A stretch of 63,816 bases of DNA, the filler included, from Streblomastix strix (Eukaryota), in NCBI GenBank assembly GCA_008636045.1. It is 2 parts of 2 records of this genome, joined end to end, with 100 filler letters (N's around TTAATTAATTAA, not from the genome) between each part and the next. Parts side by side here need not be neighbours in the genome. Positions count along the whole stretch, not along the records: positions 31,977 to 63,816 come from SNRW01000076.1; 1 more part is not named here. One strand, 5' to 3'. The position numbers and the translations under genes are program-made. Every line of letters starts with the position of its first letter. The first letter of the stretch is position 1. The notes below the pieces were generated by a model. The model was not told the origin of the DNA, made no database searches, and worked only from the letters and a program-made list of their open reading frames with translations. This document shows positions 56,515 through 63,816 of this stretch, in pieces.

Positions 56515-57500
56515 TCATTTAAAGTTTCGCTAGTCTCGTTCTTATCTTATCATTTAAATTCTTGTCATAATGATTAGCAACCACCTGTGAGCCTTTTATG
56601 CGTCTTGATGCTCTGTTAATATCAGTTTTAGTTTCTCCTTAATCAATTGATTTAGTCATTGAGGAAGATCTGATCGAGGTGACTGTGCAACCTATGGGAT
56701 CTTACATGCTTTTATTATAATATGAACTGCTTTCGATGTTTATTCGTATGATGCAGCTCTATTCATGGAGTGTAACCACCAAACAGGAAGTTTTTCATCT
56801 TTTTTCTTTCTTCTACTCATCCAGAAACTCAACCATTGTGTTGGGCAGATGCTCAAGTCTTCTAGTGGTCTAAATATAACTGTAACACTTGTATCATGTC
56901 TTTTAAACATTGCTATTTTCAGTTATCAGCATCCTTTGGGTAGCTTCAGAACCATAGATCTGTGGACTTCAATCAGACATTGGGTTGAATATCCATTTAT
57001 TGTTGCAATTACTATACCCAAAAATTCCATTTCAGATAATTTCATCTTCTGATCTGACTTACCTTTAATGTATCTCAGCAATTGATCATAATTCCATACT
57101 CGCTCTTCTTTGATCAGTTTCCACATTCCAGCTTGGGGTTTCTTCATGATTTATTATAACGCTACTCCATTAATCTTCTCCTTCTTAAATCCCTAAAGTT
57201 AGAAAAATGTGCTTAATGGTGATCGACAATTAGCTTGATTTGCATTTGTTGCATCTTCAGCTTCCAATTAAGAGATGAAATTTGCTATCACTATCTCTGG
57301 GTCTTCAATATTCAATAAATCTTCTCTTCTTTTCTCTTAACCGATCCAGTATTCATCATATTGCCCTAATCTTTGACGATGTCTTCTTCAAGCTTCATGC
57401 CAACCGTTTATGAAGTTTTATGTGGCAGTGCTTGTAATGCCTCTTTAATTAAGAACCCATCTGAATTATTCTTCTCCTTTGATACCTCTAATATGACAGC
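56515..57500 (-). pseudogene. DIRS tyrosine recombinase
   Basis: ICPTQWL, VTSIRSSSMTK and ASRRIKGSQVVANHYDK. Some catalytic positions appear degenerate. Confidence 0.85.
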
Positions 57501-59400
57501 CATCATTCTTCCGGGTGGTAGGTGCTTCTTTTACTTCTTCATCTTACCCCCCGGGACTGAGACGTCTGCGTTTTCTCCAAGGATTATCAATCTTGATGTC
57601 ATCTTCATGAGTACAGGCCACCACGGTTGGGATGGCCAATTTGGGAGGATCATCCAAGCTTGTTCCTTCTCTTTCATTAACTTGTTTAGAGTTTGCTGTA
57701 TCAGAGGGATAGGTGGGTGTAGATACGGTACCTCTAGTTGCCATGATATTGAGAGACAATCATAGGCTACTGCCAATTTATCCTGCGACAGGCTAACAAA
57801 CCTCCTGAACTTTCTGTTGCGGCGATTGGAGAACATATCGATCGATGGTCATATCTTTAACATTATCAGTACCTTTTGTAGGATATCTTCTTTGAGGGAA
57901 TAATCGCCCGATGTCCCAAGTCTGGAAAGAGAATCTGGAATCATATTCTCCTTTCCATGGATGTGTAATGCATGAATTAGAAGATCCAAGTCCTCCGCCA
58001 CTTCCAATTTTCTGTCATTCAGTTTCAATGGTGAGGTTGCAGCAGCTCCTCTACTAAGATTGTAAGCGGTAGAACTACTTTCTGTTTCGAATTTCAACGA
58101 CTGTACCTGCTGCTCTCTCAAGAAAGGTGCTGAACGGAGTAACCCGCAAAGAACGGCCGCTGTTTCTCTCTAGTTGCTGCTAGTTAATCTCCAATGATTA
58201 TTACAGTCACCCAAAACCATATCTCTTACTTGTTGCTATTGATGTTGAGTGTTACACCCCATGAGTCCTGAGATGCGTCCGTTGGTAGGATGGCTTATGG
58301 TTGCTACAGAATGGCTCTAATCAGTTTATTCTACTCGATCTTGCTCTTTCACGAGAAAACTTCCGACAATATTATCTTGCACAGATACATCTTACTATTT
58401 CATCCTCTTATAATCGCTGCTCTTTGCTTCATCCTGTTAAGCTTTTTCATGTGGAGGCCCATTCTATAGATTTATAGCCTCAGGAAATTCAAATGACCGA
58501 TGAAACTTGCTAGAAATTTAACTTTAACTAAAGTCCTTTGCTGAATTCTTCTTCTCCATCTTCCAAACTGATTTAACATCTTCTATCTTCTAGGGTTTGA
58601 CATCATTATCTGATTGAGTTTTGAGTTGATATGCCATCCTTGGAATTCGATTTCTTACGTTAGTTAGAGGGAGAATTTATTTTCCGAGATCTTCCAGCCG
58701 AATTCGCAAAGAGTCTGCAGGATATTCTACTTTTTAAACTCCAGATTTTCTCTATCGTGACATAGAAAGATCAGATTGTCGCAATAGGATACGCCTCTCA
58801 CTTCCAACTTCTTTCTGATTAACTTCATAACTGGTCTCAACTTCTTATGAAATATTAATATTACATGTCTCACCCCAAAGCACATTGCATTGTAATGATA
58901 GTACTTATTCCTATGGTAAAACCCAAGGAAAGGTCTGAACTCAGGGTCCACTAGAATATGATGGAAGGCTGATTGTAGATCTATCTTTATCATCCAATCG
59001 TTAGGTAACAAGATCTCTCTTACTGTATTAATATCCTCCATTATAAAATGGTTTGTTCTTAGAAATCTGTTCAGAATCGAACAATCAGTTATCTTTCTCC
59101 ATTTACCAGAGTCGCTTTTGGGTATTGCAAAACAGGGCTTCACCCAAGCTAGATCTTTGAATGCTACTTTTTCCACAATCTGCTCTTATAATTCTTAATC
59201 GATTATTAGTCCAAAGCTCTCAAACTATCCTCTGATTTTGTTTAAATGAACCTCTATTTGTTCATTCTCAATATCTCTGGGCACTCTGGAGGTATCCAAT
59301 TAGCCTTAATCCCTCTTTAGATTAATTGATTGGATCCAATCTGTTACCAAACTCGGATAAAGTGAATCAGCCTGCCTCCGATTGGAATATTCCCTAAAAT
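57400..59400 (-). pseudogene. DIRS pol (RT, RNase H, methyltransferase-like domain)
   Basis: KWRKITDCS, IDLQSAFHH, AMCFG, YCDNLI (YxDD mutated), PTDASQ, ENMIPDSLSR, IDMFSNRRN and YLHPPIPLI. Confidence 0.9.
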
Positions 59401-61450
59401 TGGAGTATGATGGATACTATTAGTAACTTATAGAGCCTGAATGGAGTTCAGTTATCTGATTTTATCGACTTACTACAGATCTAGGTTCTAAATTACTTCC
59501 TAGACTCCAACTTGTGCTAATGTATGATTATCGACAGATTTACTTGTAGATTTCTTTTAGGCTTGTAATATTAGACTATTCTACTGTGAGCTTTCCATCT
59601 CCTAAATCAGTTAGATGATTTGATCCATCCTTTTATTGTTAGGTAGCTTGAATTAGTATGATGTCATCAACTTCTCTTGATTATCTATTAATCTGGGATT
59701 TATTAGTTAACTCTATAGTTAACTAGGACGCAGGTCTGCAAGGCTAAACCTATTGCTATCCTGCTCCCAAGTCATAAGATTATCCTTCCTGGCATTGAGA
59801 TCCTAAGTCAACCGATGCTCGGAATTAATCTTTTAAAGCTAATGATCCATGATCATAGCTCTCAAATCCTAATTGCTCATAGCCGTTCTAGGAATTGGTG
59901 ACAGTAGATGTTATTTCGATCTTTACATTAGCTTACTCTAGGAACTTGTTCGATTGTCCTATAAGATACATGAAGTAGCTGACATTTAGTATGCATGTCT
60001 TGATACCTCTTTTGAAGATAGGAGTGAAAATTCGATTTCTTTGAGAGAATGAGATACGTTAATATAAAATGGAGTTTGAGTAGTTATTAACCGTGAAATG
60101 CGTTTATGCTGTCGATAGATTTTATGATCAGGGATTATATTTATCTTCTTACTAGTTCCAATTAAGAATACTATCTAGGAATTAACCTTTCTTCTAGAAT
60201 TTATTATTTTGTCTACCATATCTCCTTTTCCCTTAAAACTGAACATTCCTTTGTCTTTTATGATTCGATGAAAATATGCCAAATTTATTAAAGCTACGAT
60301 TTGATTACCAATTACCTACTATAGATTTTGCTGAATTTCTCCTTTCGAATTTCTCTCTAGATGTCTTAGAAAGTACATCTTACGCATCAGGAACCATTTG
60401 TACTCCTCTTAATCAAGATTCCCTTTCTTTATATGCATCACTCACTGTTAACAACGAGGCTTCACATATCATGCACAACTTACTGACCAAGTTTGAAGTT
60501 CTATTATGCGCAATATCATGAATTAAACCAACTATACCTTGATTCACAGCACAGGCAGATTCTAATGCTTTGCGGGCGAGACCGCCTCTCTCTTCTGGTA
60601 ATGTTGCTTCAGCTTATGGCGCTGGGAACACTACATTAGCTCCATCCCACGCAATTTCATCGAATAGTTTCTGCCTTTGAATTGGTTAAAGTTAAAATGC
60701 AAGCATATCCGCGTTTTTCGCATCTTGTTTAATGATACCCGATAATGCTGTAGCTACATCGTGAGCAATCTTCGCTTCGTCTAAGCTCTCAAACTTGGCT
60801 TGACGCTTCCTTTCTTACTGAAACTGTTCCTACAAAGATAAGGGATTTTGATTTATTGCAATAGTTTCATTCTCACGCTTTCGAATCGCTGGAGTCAATG
60901 GATTGACCGAACTATTCACTGTAGGGGTACTGTCATTCGCCTATACTACTTGTCTAATCAACATTTATTTGTTCAACCAATCTTATAATCGATTTTCCAT
61001 TGCAATTGCGGCTTCCGCGATAATGCACACTGTCCAGAGGTCCATATCTTCCAGCTGGTCGAATCCCCGGTAATCCGCACCTAATTGCAAGCCAGATTTC
61101 GGGTTAAAGTGCCTTCTTTCATTAACTACAGCTTTCAGCTCGCCGCGGAACCTTATTTGAATATCGTTGCTTTGTCTGTCGAGGTACACCTAGCAGCCTT
61201 ACTCATTCATAAAATCGTCACTAATTGCAATGTACCTGCCCATATCTAGACCTTATGACAGCGGGATGTCATTCAGTAACGGCCACGGTGCGTCTTTTGA
61301 TGATTGCAACGAAATCCCCGCAATAACTCCGCTGGTGTTGATAATAGCATTGACAGGACTTTCGAAGTACACAACTGGTTGTGGTGAGGGGGGTGGTGTC
61401 TCCTTTTCGTCGCGCATTCGTGAACAATTGCCTGTTTTGTTGACTGGCCC
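59400..61450 (-). pseudogene. DIRS gag-like ORF1
   Basis: Lies upstream of pol inside the ITRs; Q-rich code-6 frames with shifts. Confidence 0.65.
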
Positions 61451-61929
61451 ACATTACTTGGCTGACAGTTTCTAAAATAAATGGGAGCTCCAAATCTAAG
61501 TGGTTACTTAAATAATCACGTCGGTGGTTACGGACCCATCAATTTGCAATTTAATATTGGTACGCATAACCGAATTAAATATTTTCATATTAATTTAATG
61601 AATTGTACAAATATAAACCAATTTTATCCATAAAAACAAATAAATTATTTTTCATAAGTGAATCAAATGCATTTTCTCTCTTTTTAAAAAAAAATTACCA
61701 TAAACTTCATAGTTTGACAAAATAATTCTAAATTAATAGTAATAATATATTTAAATTGACTATTAAAATATATATTTACTATCAAGCAAAACTAATTAAT
61801 TTTTTCAATCATAAAAAACCAAAAAGGATTTATTATTTTTATTTTTTAATATTTAGCCGGATTCCTCGCATGAAAATTGGGCTTGACGGACGAAATTGAC
61901 GAATTTTAATGTGTAGCACATTTCTGATT

Positions 61930-62380
61930 TAATATTATTCAGAATTTTTCAAAAACCCAAAGCAATTGATTAAATATAACGTTGTTCATGCTATCTCATC
62001 ATTTTTGATAATGATGATCCAAATAATGTCGAGTCAGCTATTGCTTATTCTGATGCATTTGAAAAGATTCTTGCATTGTTGGAACATACTAATGAATAAA
62101 TTTCACACTAAGCAATATGGTGCATTGGAAATATCTGTGGAGATAGTGTAGAACTTGCCCAGTTTTGTGATTAACATGAAGTTGGGTAGAAAGCCGTACA
62201 TATTCTTGAATAATTTATAATTCCTCATGAGAGTCCTTATCATCATTCAATATAGAATAGTACAAATGCAAAATTCAGAAATATACAGAAGATAAAACCT
62301 TGTCTTGTTGTTAAATATTCTGTTTTCCTTCTTAGAAACATAGTTAGATGTTATAAATAAGTAGAATTGGAATATATGGA
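61930..62380 (+). pseudogene. Importin-alpha-like ARM fragment
   Basis: LALLEHTNEQISHQAIWCIGNICGDS matches the importin-alpha QAVWALGNIAGDS motif. Frameshifted and truncated. Confidence 0.7.
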
Positions 62381-62988
62381 GAAAATGAAAGGAATTCCAT
62401 TGATAATGAAAGTCTAAGAAACTGGAGATAAGATTGTGAATCGTACATTAAGGAAATTTCTTTAAACAGATGGAAAAGGACTATTTGATTTATGGATTAG
62501 TTAAGCATCTGAATAGTTTAATAACTTTGAAAAGTTACTTATTCAATGTCATAGAAAATATTAAATGAAAGCAATTGAAGTAGCAGAAGAAGATGGGAAA
62601 TATATCTTTGATACAGAAAATGATGATGATGATTCAAGTTATATATTTAATGACTTATATTGATTTGAAAGAATAGATGAAAACTATTTCATTGGTGATG
62701 TATCTTTCAATAAATTATCAATGAAATGGTCAATTTATAATTATGGAACTAAATATTAAAAGGAAATAATAGAAAATAGTTTTACATGTTTCTATTTTTA
62801 ATTTTATTACTATTACCTAGAAAATTGTTACTCATAGGAATTATGAAAGTTTTTGAAAAAAAAAATAATAATTCAAACAAATGATAAAATACCTAGTAGT
62901 TACATGAGGTGGATTACAAAACTTATTAAAAAACTAAATAAAAGATCTATTTTTCTATTTTGTAACCTGCTTTGTAGTAAAGCTCTAA
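62380..62988 (+). repeat. Inverted paralog of 42330-42620 plus 31977-32190
   Basis: 62776-62988 is almost identical to the reverse complement of 31977-32190. 62380-62620 aligns at protein level with 42620-42330. Confidence 0.85.
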
Positions 62989-63138
62989 TAATTGCAGGAA
63001 AATTAAAACGTTCGAAAAATAAAACGAATGAAATTTAAAACAGGAGAACGAAGACAAAATAATGTGATATTAGTGATGCAAATTATCCAATCAGTCATTT
63101 GTCTCTCATTAATGATTGTTAGGTGAAATGGTTTATAA

Positions 63139-63816
63139 TCAAGATGGAGATTAAAATTCTTCTTAACTTATATCAATTAGTGGAATCATGTAAGAATCTG
63201 ACGATGAACTCACTGGCTTTTTCATGCTACTGACAATGAGAGGTGGCTGTTATATCTACTTTGGATTTAGATAACTAGATGAAGGTGATCTAGAAGATTT
63301 CTATTATTGTGAATTTACTTAAGAGTTGCCTTTATGTAATGAATCTTAAGGATTATTGATTGCTTTTTTCATATTATCCTTAATAACTAATGGCGGAGCC
63401 TTAAGCGATTGAGGTTTCGGAGATCTATATTAATGTTAACTTGGAAGAACTTTACTAGATACAGGACTAACTGAACGGAAAGACTCTTTATTCATACTTT
63501 CCTTTATTAATAATGGTGAAGATTATCGCTATACTGGAGATCTATATTAATGCGAATTTGTGAGATGTGAGTTGTGTGAAGGACTATCTGGACGTCGGCC
63601 ACTCTATAATTAAGACTTCTGATCATCAATTTGATGACTTAATGGAGTGTCGGGTTAATTTTATCTAGAAGATTACTTTGCAACGGGTGTTTATTGCCTT
63701 GAAGACAATCTATTAATCAGTCCGCCATAAGACCATTTGTTTTCTTGTGGGTCTTTTGGTGTTTAAGAAACTTCATTTTGCCCAAATTCTTCAGTATTAG
63801 GAATATTTGCAGATTC
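63139..63816 (-). CDS. S/P/Q-rich hypothetical protein, 5'-partial
   Basis: 226 codons open in code 6 from the window edge to TGA at 63139; repeated HQYRSP. Confidence 0.6.

Larger units (their letters stand above)
55749..61530 (-). mobile_element. Full-length DIRS-like retrotransposon with ITRs and ICR
   Basis: 55768-55830 is an inverted repeat of ~61435-61497. The ICR at 56412-56512 is complementary to both ends. GTTA at both termini. Contains gag, pol and YR. Confidence 0.93.

Overview
AT-rich eukaryotic DNA with short GT-AG introns. Long reading frames appear only when TAA/TAG are read as Gln and TGA is the sole stop (translation table 6), so the supplied ORF track is mostly fragments or spurious. 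The code, intron style and gene families suggest an oxymonad such as Streblomastix (inference). An artificial N-TTAATTAATTAA-N linker at 31877-31976 joins two contigs. The left contig has the 3' part of a USP deubiquitinase, a C2-domain protein with two tandem metacaspase domains, several ARM-like proteins (two sit in cassettes with shared flanks but different bodies) and two surface proteins (one a catalytically dead cathepsin-like domain plus Cys-rich repeats). It also has a ~6.2 kb Mutator/C2H2 unit bracketed by a direct duplication, an intact DD34D mariner with ~450 bp TIRs and an ABCE1 fragment. The right contig is mostly transposon remains: a hAT element with a perfect 8-bp TSD nested beside or in a decayed DIRS element, a Helitron helicase remnant, a second hAT-like transposase, and a full-length DIRS element with ITRs, ICR and a GTTA core. 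It also carries a few host genes and pseudogenes. All translations were done by eye, and boundaries marked approximate are approximate.
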